Shown: positions 18,149-28,433 of the stretch, piece after piece
Layout: each line of letters starts with the position of its first letter
How positions within the stretch are numbered: the first letter of the stretch is position 1
Origin: a virus
Taxonomy: Duplodnaviria; Caudoviricetes
IMG/VR virus record: IMGVR_UViG_3300044724_007653
Span: 1 to 53,743 of that record
DNA length: 53,743 nucleotides
Direction: 5' to 3' (one strand)
The notes under the pieces: model-generated
Database searches by the model: none
What the model was told of the DNA's origin: nothing
What the model saw: only the letters and a program-made list of their open reading frames with translations
Made by a program: the position numbers and the translations under genes

Positions 18149-18834
18149 TTGATAAAATACAAGCGCATTTTGAGACAGAGTACCCTCGAGAAGGTTGTGG
18201 TATAATCGGGATTGTAAAAGGAAAGAAAGAGTGGTTTCCTTGTTCAAATATTGCAAAGAATAACGAAAGTTTTATTTTTTCCTCTAAAGAGTACCTAGAT
18301 ATAAAGAAAAGAGCCGATATATTAGCAATTGTGCATAGCCACCCCGACGCATCAAATGAAGCTTCTCAACATGATATTGACTGTTGTAATGCTCTAGGAA
18401 TACCTTATTATATCTTTAGTTATCCAGAAATGGAACTAAATATTCTAGAGCCTAAAAAAGCAGCATACCCCTTAATCGGCAGGGAATACGAATTTGGAGT
18501 AAGAGACTGTTTCGAAGCACTTCGAGATTGGCTAGAAAAAGAAGGAATAAATATTCCTCCTAGAGAGCCTTTTGAAGATAACTGGTGGAGTAAAGACAAT
18601 TTAAATTATTTTAGTGAAGAAAATATATTGAATTGGAACCATAAAAAAGTAAATAATTTAGAAAAAAATGATGTACTTATTTTCAAAGTACGAGGAAAGG
18701 TAGCAAACCATTGTGGAGTTTACCTGGGAAATGATGTATTCTTTCATCATGCAGAAAACAGACTGTCTTGCAGAGAAAACTTATATCCTTTCTGGGCAGA
18801 GCATTTAGTAGGAATTTATAGATATGCTGCGTAA
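18145..18834 (+). CDS. tail tip protein K (JAB/MPN plus NlpC/P60; lambda gpK-like)
   Basis: YPREGCG, HSHPD..S..D (JAB), GVRDCF and NHCGVYLG..FFHH (NlpC/P60). Confidence 0.92.
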   Translation: MIDKIQAHFETEYPREGCGIIGIVKGKKEWFPCSNIAKNNESFIFSSKEYLDIKKRADILAIVHSHPDASNEASQHDIDCCNALGIPYYIFSYPEMELNILEPKKAAYPLIGREYEFGVRDCFEALRDWLEKEGINIPPREPFEDNWWSKDNLNYFSEENILNWNHKKVNNLEKNDVLIFKVRGKVANHCGVYLGNDVFFHHAENRLSCRENLYPFWAEHLVGIYRYAA

Positions 18835-19561
18835 AATATATTTAGAAGGCGAAATTGCAGATAAATTTGGTCATGAGTTCGAAATGAATGTTTCTTCTTT
18901 TAGAGAAGCATTACAGTGCTTAGAGTTAAATTGTCCAGAGTTTCGACAATATCTAATAGAGTGTCATGAGAAAGGAATTGGCTTTATTTGTTCTGTGGAT
19001 GACGAACCTCTAAATCAAGAAGAAAAATTATTATTGCATTATCCTAAAGGCTCCTTTACAATACAGTCTGTACCTGCAGGGTCCAAAGGCGGCTTTGGTA
19101 AAATACTTGCGGCAATTGCTATAGTAGCATTAATTATAGCAAATCCCGGTAATGTATTTATTCTTGAGGGCGCTTTAACAACTTGGGGAACTATTGCAGC
19201 AAGTCTTGCAATTAATTTAGCCATAACAGGTATTCAAGAACTGATGGCTCCAGACCCTTCTGTAGATACACAGCAAGATGAAAGTTATCTATTTCAGGGT
19301 TCGTCTCAAACTATAATAGAAGGAGACCCTGTACCAATACTTTATGGAAAGCTTAGAATTCCTGGCCGCCCTATTTCTTTCGAAATAAAAAATGCGGAAA
19401 GACAGTTTATAGATTATGTTCAAACTGGTCAAAATTCAGTGGTCCCTCCCATGGACGGAGGAGGAGGTGGAGGGGGAGGCCCTGGAGGCGCTCCTGATAC
19501 ACTTCCTGATTTTGATTGGGGTAAAATTCATCGTACTGATATACCTGTGTGGAGCCCATAA
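18824..19561 (+). CDS. tail assembly protein I (lambda gpI-like)
   Basis: Ubiquitin-like N-terminus, hydrophobic middle, SYLF.G....EGDPVPILYG motif. Gly-rich C-terminal extension. Confidence 0.88.
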   Translation: MLRKIYLEGEIADKFGHEFEMNVSSFREALQCLELNCPEFRQYLIECHEKGIGFICSVDDEPLNQEEKLLLHYPKGSFTIQSVPAGSKGGFGKILAAIAIVALIIANPGNVFILEGALTTWGTIAASLAINLAITGIQELMAPDPSVDTQQDESYLFQGSSQTIIEGDPVPILYGKLRIPGRPISFEIKNAERQFIDYVQTGQNSVVPPMDGGGGGGGGPGGAPDTLPDFDWGKIHRTDIPVWSP

Positions 19562-22500
19562 TGGCTGGAGGATCTTCAAAACAATATATAGGACTTGTAG
19601 ACTTACTTTGTGAAGGGCCGATTCATGGACTTGTAAATGGTAAAAATTCCGTTTATATTAATGATGTGCCATTTGAAAACTCCGGTCTAGTTGGTACGTT
19701 TAATCAAGAGCAAACAAGTGCTTTTAAGCAGCCTACGCTGAGTTATACTGCAAATGCTACATCTATAAATGTTTCCGGGGTTACTTTAACTGATAAAGAC
19801 ATTGGAAAATTTGCCCATATCGAAGTAGAGTCTATTACAGGATGTAATTTGACTCGTTCTTCAATTAGTTTATCAAATGTAGGTGGAGGGAATGAAACTT
19901 ATCTATCTCTTTCTGGCACAGGAATTGACTCTGATTTTAATACTCTTACAGATAACTTATCTTATGTAAAAGTAAAAAGTAGTAACGGAGTATCTTTCTA
20001 TGCAGATGCTAAATATACTTCTGGAACAACTGTTACTCTTTATGTTTCTTCTCGAAATATAAGTAATCAGCTAATTTCAAGTACGGGCTGGACAATTACT
20101 TTAATTAAAGCAGTAGAGGTAACAGGACGTACAGATTCTGATACTTTTACAATAGACAGCGCCTTTCATACAAGCAACTTAACAGATGTTGACTTTTTCT
20201 TTTCAGACGCTCCTGCAATAGAAAGCACTACTACTGGATTAGTAAATAACATTTCTAAATTTGACGGATCAACTCTTCAATTTAGAAAAGGTACGCTATT
20301 TCAAGCGCCTATTCAACAAGTTAATAGTTTATCTGGCGGAGTCACTATAACAGGTGCTGGAAATGCGAGAAGTTTACAGCAGTCTACAGATGCAAGTAGT
20401 ACTTATGGCTTAACTTTATATAATACAAGCGGTTATCCAGAAAATCAATCTTTTCCAACAGATGTAGGAAATGCGGCTTTAGTAATTCCTAGCGGCTCTC
20501 CGTCGGGAGGTATTGGATTCGGTTTAAGTAGCTCTCAAGCACAACAGGTAAGCGAGTTAAATGTGCGAATAAACTATTCTGCACTTATAACTCATAATAA
20601 TGAAAGTGGAGATAAATCTTCTGCAAGTGCAATTTATGTTTTCCTGTTAGAGCTTAAAAAACCTGGGGAATCCAACTGGAATGATCATATAACTTTATTT
20701 TCTAATCATGGAGGTGAAGTAGTTCATACTGATCAAACTACTGCTCCTGTTGCTTTCGATCACATAATTGGATTGGATAGATTTAAACCTTTTGATGACT
20801 TTAGAATTACTATAGTTAGGCTAACGCGCGATTCAGGAGGACTTCCAGTACGTGCTAATGGTGGAACCGGGGGAGAAACCGACCGAGGTAAATTTACTGT
20901 ACAGGCTCAATCTTCAATTGCGGGAGCAAATCTTAGTGCAACAATAAAAGATAAGTTTAGCTATCCTTATACTGCTCATGCTGCGGTTTCTTTCTCTTCA
21001 AAAACTTATGATAGTCTTCCAAGTCGAAGCTATCTTCTTCAAGGTTTAAAGGTACAAATTCCTACCTCTTATACTCCTCGAGAGTATACAGACGATGGGG
21101 TAGCAGTTTATGAAGATTATTGGAATGGTGAGTTTAAAAGTGAGCAACTAGATAATGATACTAGTGTTCCTTTATTATATTATACAGATAATCCTGCCTG
21201 GGTATTTTATGACATTGTAACAAACAATCGCTATGGAGCAGGGGAGTGGATAGAACCAGGCTTTATAAATAAATTCGCATTGTATAGAATTGCGAAATAT
21301 TGTGACGAGCTTGTAGATGATGGCAATGGTGGCACAGAACCGAGGTTTAGAGCAAATTTATACTTAGCAAAAGCTACAGAAGTATATAAAGTGCTTAAGG
21401 ATATGGCAACTATTTTTACTGGAATGCTTTATTGGCTTGATGGTAAACTTACTGCTGTGCAAGATGTTCCTTCGGAACCTGTCTATAACTTCTCAAAAGC
21501 AAACGTTGTAGATGGAGTTTTTAATTACGAAAGTACAGGCAGGAAAACTCGAGTCAACCAAGTAGTAGTTACTTGGAATGACCCTAGTGCAAACTATGAG
21601 CCCGTACCTCTTATTGTAGAAGATAGAGAAGCAATTGTTAAGGCAGGCCGCATAATTTCTCAAAACTCTGTTGCGATGGGAGCAACTTCAGAAGGCCAAG
21701 CCTTAAGATATGGTAGATGGAAGTTATGGACTGCTCAAAATCAAAAAGAAGTTGTAAGCTTTAAAACAGGTTTACAAGGAGCTTTTATTCGCCCTGGCGA
21801 TATTATTAATGTACAAGATAGAGATAGGTATGGAGTAGATTATAGCGGTCTAACAAGTAGTACTACTTCAGCAACTGCTTCCTCTGTAACTCTAGATAGA
21901 AAACTTTCAAGTGTTGCGAGTGCTTCGAAGCATAAGTTTAGTACAATTGTAGATGACTATGCAACTTTTTATACTGGACTAAATCCTGTAACTATAGACG
22001 GAAAAACTTATAGTAAAGGCGACAGAATTACGGGGCGCGTATACATATATGATACAGAGTTGGAAGCCTATTATTTAACTTATATTGGTAATGAAAGAGA
22101 GGCTAGTAATGCTTTTCAAAACTCCACTGGCACTCCTCTGCAGACAGAATGGAAACCATATACTTATGTAGTTACAAAAGCGGTAACTCTTGATAATACC
22201 GGAGATGTTTCTGTAGTTACAATTGATACGTCTGATACTTCTCTTCCTGAAATTGAACGAACAAACTATTCAGGGGATGCTCCAGCAGCAGGCACTTTGT
22301 GGGTTCTTCAGGCTTTAGATGCAAATGATCAAAATATACTCGGCTCGAAAAAAGAATATAGAGTATTGAGTATTGCACAGGAAGATAACAAAAATACTTA
22401 CTCAATTACGGCAGTAGAATACTATGTAGAAAAATATGATGCAGTTGACAAAGACTATGCACTGGGTGTTACTCCTTCGAATGTATTTCCAACTATTGAA

Positions 22501-25500
22501 GACCCCGACGAAGAGGTTCCTACACCTGATAATATTTATGTGGCAATAGATAGTGATTCTTCAAAGCCGGGAGAAGAAATAATAGTAACATGGGGAACCC
22601 CTCAGGAAACTTTTCTAGACATACTAGATACTGTACAAAATAGAACTTACTCTTTTCTTGATAAGTATGAACTATATCATGATGTTCCTCATGTAGAATC
22701 TCCAATTGTAACAAGTCGTCTATCTTACAGATTTGAAAATTTAGAAGATGGACTATATACATTTAGGGTACGAGCGGTTTCCCGTAAGCAGAATTATTCT
22801 GACTTTGTGTCTACACAGTATGAAGTAAATGACATTTATGGTTCTGCAGTACCTCGAATTGTTGGGGGTCTACCAAAAGGAATAGTCGCAAATTCTCAAA
22901 TTTCATACGCCTATGATGCCAATGCTAGTTCTAACCAAGGGGGTACTGAGGCTGTTAGATTTACTGAAGGAAGTTCTGCTACAGGATTTTCTATAGGAAA
23001 TCTTTTAGTTGGGGATAATTCTCCGTCGGCAAGTCTTTCAAATATAAATGTAAGCGGATTAGTAGATAAAGTTGCCCAAGAATGGTACTATTTATTATTT
23101 GATGGAGGTAGCGGAAATTTACTTTATTGGGATACTGATACCCTAGAAACTCTTCCATTTTATAAGAAAATACAGGGAGGAACTTGGAGAGGCTCCGCCA
23201 CAAGCTCTATTAGTACTTATGGATGGAGCTCTAAAACGGGCGGATATACTTTAGCAGCTGATTCTACAAGAATTACTTTTAATAGCTCTAATTCTTCATT
23301 AAAAATTGGAGACATTATTGCATTTGAAGATATTAATGAAGTAGAGGCAGTATCTATTAATTCTGTGACTTCTACTTCTGGCTCCTATCGAATAGAAATA
23401 CTTACAAATTTTGATAACTATTTGATAGCGAATGGCGATAAAGTTAAACTTGAAAATGCAACTTTTACAGGTAGTGGTACAGATTTTAACAATAAAGAAT
23501 ACTATGCAAAAAGAATAAGTACAACGGTAATTGAGCTATATAAGGATGAAGCTTTATCAGAAAATGTTACGTCATCTGATATTGGGAAAACGTGGGATGA
23601 AGGCGGATGGATTCGAAGAATTGGAGTAAAAGGCGCAAAAGTAATCGCAAAAGTTTCAAATACTGAGGCAATACTTGATAGAAGCTTTTCTTCGGCCCTG
23701 ACTTCTTCGAATGCTTATTATGTAAGAAACTTCCAGCCAGATTTTAAAGATGATGCAGTATTTGGCAGAGTTCGTTGGAACTCTACAAATGAGCAAACTC
23801 TAGTCAATAGTTTTTCTGTAGACTCGTTTATACAGTTAGATCCAAGTCTTACCTCCGGTAAAGCCGTTTTAGTAACACCGAGTTTGGAAACAATTCGATA
23901 CGAAACTAATGACGATGGCACTACAGTTACTCAGACTTCAGAGTTTGAGTCTTTGACTGCAACTGTAACTGGGCTTGGATTTATAAAACCTCAATTTCGT
24001 TTAGTTTCTTATCAAGTTAATGGAAACGATACTACAGTTTTAAATGAGACAATATCTACAAATTTTGCAGAGCCTGATGAAGTTGGTGGGTTCTCAAAAG
24101 AATTCACAATTAATAATGATAATGATGTAGACTATGGAACAGGAGCAGATGCTGGTGCTCCTATCATAATAAAAGCAGAAGTTCGAGAAGCAAACAATGT
24201 TGGAATTAATGCTTTTGGCAGTGGTGATATTCTAAGAGTTAAAGATGGCGCGGCAGGAACTCAAGGCAGAACGGTAGAATTAACAGCAGAAGATTATACT
24301 ATTGTATATGATACCGAGGGTGAAAACCCGTCATTTGAAGATACTAGTGGTACGTCTGCTTCTATTACTATTACTTCGACTTCTCGTAATTTTGGCGATA
24401 ATCCGTTATTCAGAATTACAATAGACAGTAATAATGCACCAACTACTAGTTTTTCTAGCTGGGTTGATGGAACTTCAGGAACTGACAATAGTATATATAG
24501 TACTTATATTATTCCTCCTACCGTTAAGCCAAATTATTCAAGCAAAGTAATTCAAGTTCAAGTAGCAGAAAGGCCTGAAAATTGGAACGCTGCTACCCAA
24601 CAAGGTCAAGATAGTGAAGGAAATGCTATAACTCCGACTGTAGGGGCATCTGATAGTATTTCTATTCTTTATTTGCAGCAAGGCGAAGGCGGTATTGCAA
24701 TTGCAAACTCTAATTCTGCCCATGCTTACGCAACTAACTCAAATGGAGAGTTTACTGGTAGTACTATTACTGGTTCCGGTACTACAATAGAGGTTTTAAT
24801 TGGTGGCACTCGAGGAACTTATAGAGGCACAAGTAATGGAACTCTTTCTTCGGGAGGTTTTTCGGGTACTTTAGATCCGGGTGATTGGTATATTGTAAGT
24901 GCGGTCTCAAGCACAAGCGAGTTTTCTGCAGGTAATATTACTGCATCAGGTAATATTGCAACAATTGGTGCAGTAAATGTAGATAATACTATTGGCTATG
25001 GAGAAGATGTAGAACAGATTACTTGGACTATTCGTGTAGGTACTCGTTCTGGCACTACAATTGATTTAACAACTATTCAAAGTCTCAGTAAGTCCAGAAG
25101 AGGCACTGATAGTACTGTAATTGAGCTTACAAATGATGCAGAGACTGTTGGAGGCACTGAAAATCAAGCTTTATCTGGATTATCTCTTTCTACAACAGCT
25201 CAAATATTTGCAGGGGTAGCTGATGTTTCATCTTCTTGGGATTTTACTGCTACAGCAGCTACAGGAATTACAGTAAATAGTACAGGTACGGGCACAGATG
25301 GAAACATATTTACTGTTACAGCATTAAGTTCATCTTTTACATCTGGAAATGTTGTTATTACTGCTGTAGCAAAGAGCACTGGAGACTATGCAGGTTCTGC
25401 AAATAAAACCGCTAATTTTACAATTACAAAAGTTAATAATGGACAAGACGGAGTCTCGTATCGTATTACAACTTCGAATAGTGCCGTTGTATATGATCCA

Positions 25501-27636
25501 AATGCTGATCCCGTTTCTTGGTCTCCAACCAGCGTTACTTTTAGTGCGTCAAAAATAACTCCGGATGGTGCTACTTCATTTACTTCTGGGTATTGGAAAT
25601 TAAATAATAGTAACCAAGGTCAAGCTTCTAGTGTGAGTAGTGGTACAATTAGTTTTACTTCTGGAAATATTACTGCGCAGCTATATCTGGATTCTAGCTA
25701 TACTCAATTGGTTGATACTGAATCTGTGCCTATTATTTCAAAAGGTTTAGACGCAGATGCGTTAACAGTTACCGAAGACACTTCTGTAGCAGGACAAATA
25801 ACTCTTAACTTTAGCGACGGCACTTCTATAACAATTAATGATGGAGACGATGGCGATACTAAGGGTGTGGTACCTATTTATGCTAGTAACTCTTCGGGAG
25901 ACAATCAAAGTTATACTCAAGGGTCTTTAGCTTATGTTAATTACTATGAGTATACTAATAGTAAACCTACCCTGCCTGTGTCTAATCTTACTTGGGTTAA
26001 ATACATAGGAGAAGATGGAGATAGCCAAGGCGTAATACCTATCTATGCAGATAATGCTAGTGGTACAAATGCAACTTTTACGTATTCAAATCAAGAATAT
26101 GTTAATTTTTATGAATGGACAGGCTCCGCCCCTACTGTAGTGCCTGCAGGACTCACTTATGTAAAATTTGTAGGAGACGATGGAGACGATGGAACCTCTG
26201 TTACTGTTACGAGTACAAGTACCTCTAATGGAGTTACTACTGTTAACTTTTCTGATGGTACTTCTATAACTATAACCGATGGAGACGATGGAACTTCAGA
26301 AGGTGTATTAGTCGTATATGCTGATGACTCTAGTGGAACAAACAAGTCCACTACAAGAGGCGCAAATCAAAATTATGTACTATATTACGAATGGACAGGA
26401 ACAAAACCAAGTGTAAGTAGTGTAACTGGAACTTGGGTTCTTTTTGTAGGTGACGATGGCGAAACGCAGGGAGTTATTCCAGTATACTCTTCTGTAGCTA
26501 GTCCTACCAGTACTGGACAGCTTTCTTTAACTTATTCAAATCAAGAATACATTACATTTTTTGAGTATACAGGCACAAAACCAACTTCTGTTACTAGTGC
26601 AATGGTTAGCCAAACTTATGTTCCTTTTGTAGGTGATGATGGAGCAGATGGAACAGCAGGAGACCCAGGAGACCCAGGCCCTCGATCCGTTTTTGCATAT
26701 ATTTATTATCAAAGTAGCTCTACTTCTGCACCGACCATTCCTGCATTAAGTACTTTTACTCCAAATTTTACAAATGGATCTGTATCCAGTAGTAATTCTA
26801 ATTGGAGTACAAATACTCCAACTTTTGTTGCCGGAAATACGAATAAGTACTGGTATTTTACATTTACGGCTACAGAGAGTGGTACATATAATAATGGGTA
26901 TCCAAGTGTTACTAAAAACTCTAGCCCTTCCGCAGGCTCTGGGGCTATTCAAGGAATTGGGTTTACTGGATTAGTAACTTTTTCAAGTACAAATAATATT
27001 GATGGATTTAATCCTATAGAATGGATTAATGATAATGGAGCAACTACAGGTACAAGTAATACTACCACTATTGATGGGGGGTTAATTAGAACAAATACAA
27101 TTATCGCCAATAAGCTAGCTTTTACTCCCGTTACTTCTGTTGCAGGTGTGTCTGGTTCGAGTATTTCTACAGCACAATTAAGTAGTGCAGGATTATCTCT
27201 TACTCAGGACTTAGGAAGCTTAGCAAGTCAAGATACTGTAGATCTAGTAAATGATATATCAGGAAATCTACCGACTACAAGCGGTGGAACAGGAAATAGC
27301 TATAGTAATCTTACGGCTTTAGCAAATGGAATAGCTGCGACTACTGCGTTCGGAGATTTAGCTTCTCTAGACAGTATTTCTGCTACTAGTAGCTACATTA
27401 CGGGTCTTGGAGATTTAGCGACTCAAAATGAAGCAAATCTAGATTTTATAGGTCTCTCTTCTACAGTTATACAAGCAGGAAAGATTACTCTTGGCACATC
27501 TGGCGTTCTTTTTGACAATGCAGATAGTAGTCACACTGTTGTTCAAAATGCAATTATATTAGATACTTCAGGAAGTGCGAATGCAATTTATATCTATGAC
27601 GGTAATGCTTTAAGAGTTAAACTAGGAAAGCTATAA
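19561..27636 (+). CDS. giant central tail fibre / tip attachment protein J (lambda gpJ-like), 2691 aa
   Basis: DLLCEGPI.GL, YPYTA, YTDNPAW..YD...RYG.G, YCDELV.DG.GG.EPRF and an FN3-like domain. Start reassigned to ATG 19561 (TAATG overlap). Confidence 0.9.
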   Translation: MAGGSSKQYIGLVDLLCEGPIHGLVNGKNSVYINDVPFENSGLVGTFNQEQTSAFKQPTLSYTANATSINVSGVTLTDKDIGKFAHIEVESITGCNLTRSSISLSNVGGGNETYLSLSGTGIDSDFNTLTDNLSYVKVKSSNGVSFYADAKYTSGTTVTLYVSSRNISNQLISSTGWTITLIKAVEVTGRTDSDTFTIDSAFHTSNLTDVDFFFSDAPAIESTTTGLVNNISKFDGSTLQFRKGTLFQAPIQQVNSLSGGVTITGAGNARSLQQSTDASSTYGLTLYNTSGYPENQSFPTDVGNAALVIPSGSPSGGIGFGLSSSQAQQVSELNVRINYSALITHNNESGDKSSASAIYVFLLELKKPGESNWNDHITLFSNHGGEVVHTDQTTAPVAFDHIIGLDRFKPFDDFRITIVRLTRDSGGLPVRANGGTGGETDRGKFTVQAQSSIAGANLSATIKDKFSYPYTAHAAVSFSSKTYDSLPSRSYLLQGLKVQIPTSYTPREYTDDGVAVYEDYWNGEFKSEQLDNDTSVPLLYYTDNPAWVFYDIVTNNRYGAGEWIEPGFINKFALYRIAKYCDELVDDGNGGTEPRFRANLYLAKATEVYKVLKDMATIFTGMLYWLDGKLTAVQDVPSEPVYNFSKANVVDGVFNYESTGRKTRVNQVVVTWNDPSANYEPVPLIVEDREAIVKAGRIISQNSVAMGATSEGQALRYGRWKLWTAQNQKEVVSFKTGLQGAFIRPGDIINVQDRDRYGVDYSGLTSSTTSATASSVTLDRKLSSVASASKHKFSTIVDDYATFYTGLNPVTIDGKTYSKGDRITGRVYIYDTELEAYYLTYIGNEREASNAFQNSTGTPLQTEWKPYTYVVTKAVTLDNTGDVSVVTIDTSDTSLPEIERTNYSGDAPAAGTLWVLQALDANDQNILGSKKEYRVLSIAQEDNKNTYSITAVEYYVEKYDAVDKDYALGVTPSNVFPTIEDPDEEVPTPDNIYVAIDSDSSKPGEEIIVTWGTPQETFLDILDTVQNRTYSFLDKYELYHDVPHVESPIVTSRLSYRFENLEDGLYTFRVRAVSRKQNYSDFVSTQYEVNDIYGSAVPRIVGGLPKGIVANSQISYAYDANASSNQGGTEAVRFTEGSSATGFSIGNLLVGDNSPSASLSNINVSGLVDKVAQEWYYLLFDGGSGNLLYWDTDTLETLPFYKKIQGGTWRGSATSSISTYGWSSKTGGYTLAADSTRITFNSSNSSLKIGDIIAFEDINEVEAVSINSVTSTSGSYRIEILTNFDNYLIANGDKVKLENATFTGSGTDFNNKEYYAKRISTTVIELYKDEALSENVTSSDIGKTWDEGGWIRRIGVKGAKVIAKVSNTEAILDRSFSSALTSSNAYYVRNFQPDFKDDAVFGRVRWNSTNEQTLVNSFSVDSFIQLDPSLTSGKAVLVTPSLETIRYETNDDGTTVTQTSEFESLTATVTGLGFIKPQFRLVSYQVNGNDTTVLNETISTNFAEPDEVGGFSKEFTINNDNDVDYGTGADAGAPIIIKAEVREANNVGINAFGSGDILRVKDGAAGTQGRTVELTAEDYTIVYDTEGENPSFEDTSGTSASITITSTSRNFGDNPLFRITIDSNNAPTTSFSSWVDGTSGTDNSIYSTYIIPPTVKPNYSSKVIQVQVAERPENWNAATQQGQDSEGNAITPTVGASDSISILYLQQGEGGIAIANSNSAHAYATNSNGEFTGSTITGSGTTIEVLIGGTRGTYRGTSNGTLSSGGFSGTLDPGDWYIVSAVSSTSEFSAGNITASGNIATIGAVNVDNTIGYGEDVEQITWTIRVGTRSGTTIDLTTIQSLSKSRRGTDSTVIELTNDAETVGGTENQALSGLSLSTTAQIFAGVADVSSSWDFTATAATGITVNSTGTGTDGNIFTVTALSSSFTSGNVVITAVAKSTGDYAGSANKTANFTITKVNNGQDGVSYRITTSNSAVVYDPNADPVSWSPTSVTFSASKITPDGATSFTSGYWKLNNSNQGQASSVSSGTISFTSGNITAQLYLDSSYTQLVDTESVPIISKGLDADALTVTEDTSVAGQITLNFSDGTSITINDGDDGDTKGVVPIYASNSSGDNQSYTQGSLAYVNYYEYTNSKPTLPVSNLTWVKYIGEDGDSQGVIPIYADNASGTNATFTYSNQEYVNFYEWTGSAPTVVPAGLTYVKFVGDDGDDGTSVTVTSTSTSNGVTTVNFSDGTSITITDGDDGTSEGVLVVYADDSSGTNKSTTRGANQNYVLYYEWTGTKPSVSSVTGTWVLFVGDDGETQGVIPVYSSVASPTSTGQLSLTYSNQEYITFFEYTGTKPTSVTSAMVSQTYVPFVGDDGADGTAGDPGDPGPRSVFAYIYYQSSSTSAPTIPALSTFTPNFTNGSVSSSNSNWSTNTPTFVAGNTNKYWYFTFTATESGTYNNGYPSVTKNSSPSAGSGAIQGIGFTGLVTFSSTNNIDGFNPIEWINDNGATTGTSNTTTIDGGLIRTNTIIANKLAFTPVTSVAGVSGSSISTAQLSSAGLSLTQDLGSLASQDTVDLVNDISGNLPTTSGGTGNSYSNLTALANGIAATTAFGDLASLDSISATSSYITGLGDLATQNEANLDFIGLSSTVIQAGKITLGTSGVLFDNADSSHTVVQNAIILDTSGSANAIYIYDGNALRVKLGKL
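25807..26680 (+). repeat. tandem protein repeats within J
   Basis: Four units of GV.P.YA...SG...Y..YYEWTG..P...T(W/Y)V.FVGDDG, two copies of NFSDGTSITI.DGDDG, then collagen-like GADGTAGDPGDPGP. Confidence 0.8.
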
Positions 27637-27654
27637 CCACCAAAAAAATAAAAC

Positions 27655-27683
27655 TTGACATAAAATGTCCCTTTTGTTATAAT
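27655..27683 (+). promoter_or_regulatory. sigma70-type promoter with extended -10 (late strand)
   Basis: TTGACA-17 nt-TATAAT, TGn before the -10, upstream A-tract. Confidence 0.85.
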
Positions 27684-27703
27684 TTCATCATGGAGAGATT
27701 TAA

Positions 27704-28042
27704 ATGAGCGCAGGTACTTATAACTTATTCATTGACCAAGGATCCGATTATGCGATTCAGCTTACTGTAAAGGAAAATGGATCTGCTAAAGATTTAACGG
27801 GCTACTCTGCTCGTGCACAGCTGCGCTCAACAAAATCAGCAACCGATGTAACAGCTACTTTTACGTGTACAGTTACAAATGCGTCAGGAGGTATTATAAA
27901 AATGGCTCTTGGAAATAGTGTTACAAAAGACATTTCCCCTGGTGTGTATTATTATGATTTGGAGTTACATACAGCAAGTGATGCTTATGTAACTAGAATA
28001 TTAGAAGGCCAAGCTACTGTCTCTCAAGAGGTTACGCGATAA
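27704..28042 (+). CDS. virion structural adaptor (BppU-N/Ig-like)
   Basis: IDQGSD...DLTGYSARAQLR...YYYDLE...RILEG....S.EVT pattern typical of fibre-attachment proteins. Confidence 0.65.
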   Translation: MSAGTYNLFIDQGSDYAIQLTVKENGSAKDLTGYSARAQLRSTKSATDVTATFTCTVTNASGGIIKMALGNSVTKDISPGVYYYDLELHTASDAYVTRILEGQATVSQEVTR

Positions 28043-28413
28043 TGGCTATAAGTATTTCAATAGCTCCTTATGTTACCTCCGTTGATGTATCTCAAGAGGC
28101 AACAAGAGTAGTTGAAGTTTCTGCAACTATTCCTACTCTTTCTATAAGTTCTGGAGGCGGTAGTGCATCTTCAATAACTGTAACACCTTACAACACAATT
28201 TCATCAACAAACCTGCAAGACGCTTTAGAAGAGCTTGCAGATCAAAGTTTTCGTAGCAATAGTGCCCCAACTACAAATGTAGAAGAGGGTGATACTTGGT
28301 ACGACACGCTAAACGATATTTTTTATGTCTATCGCACTTTAAATGGTACCTTGGATTGGCACCCTTTACTTGCAACTGCCGATGAAGGTAGATTAGACGG
28401 AGGAGCCTTTTAA
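28042..28413 (+). CDS. fibre-associated structural protein
   Basis: STNLQDALEEL, AP....EGDTWYDT, C-terminal LDGGAF. Confidence 0.6.
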   Translation: MAISISIAPYVTSVDVSQEATRVVEVSATIPTLSISSGGGSASSITVTPYNTISSTNLQDALEELADQSFRSNSAPTTNVEEGDTWYDTLNDIFYVYRTLNGTLDWHPLLATADEGRLDGGAF

Positions 28414-28433
28414 AGGCTACTGGAGACTCTTAA

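Noticed and set aside
19452-19490. G-rich run GGAGGAGGAGGTGGAGGGGGAGGC as a G-quadruplex or contingency locus
   Set aside because: Encodes a poly-Gly linker at the gpI C-terminus with mixed codons; no evidence of phase variation.
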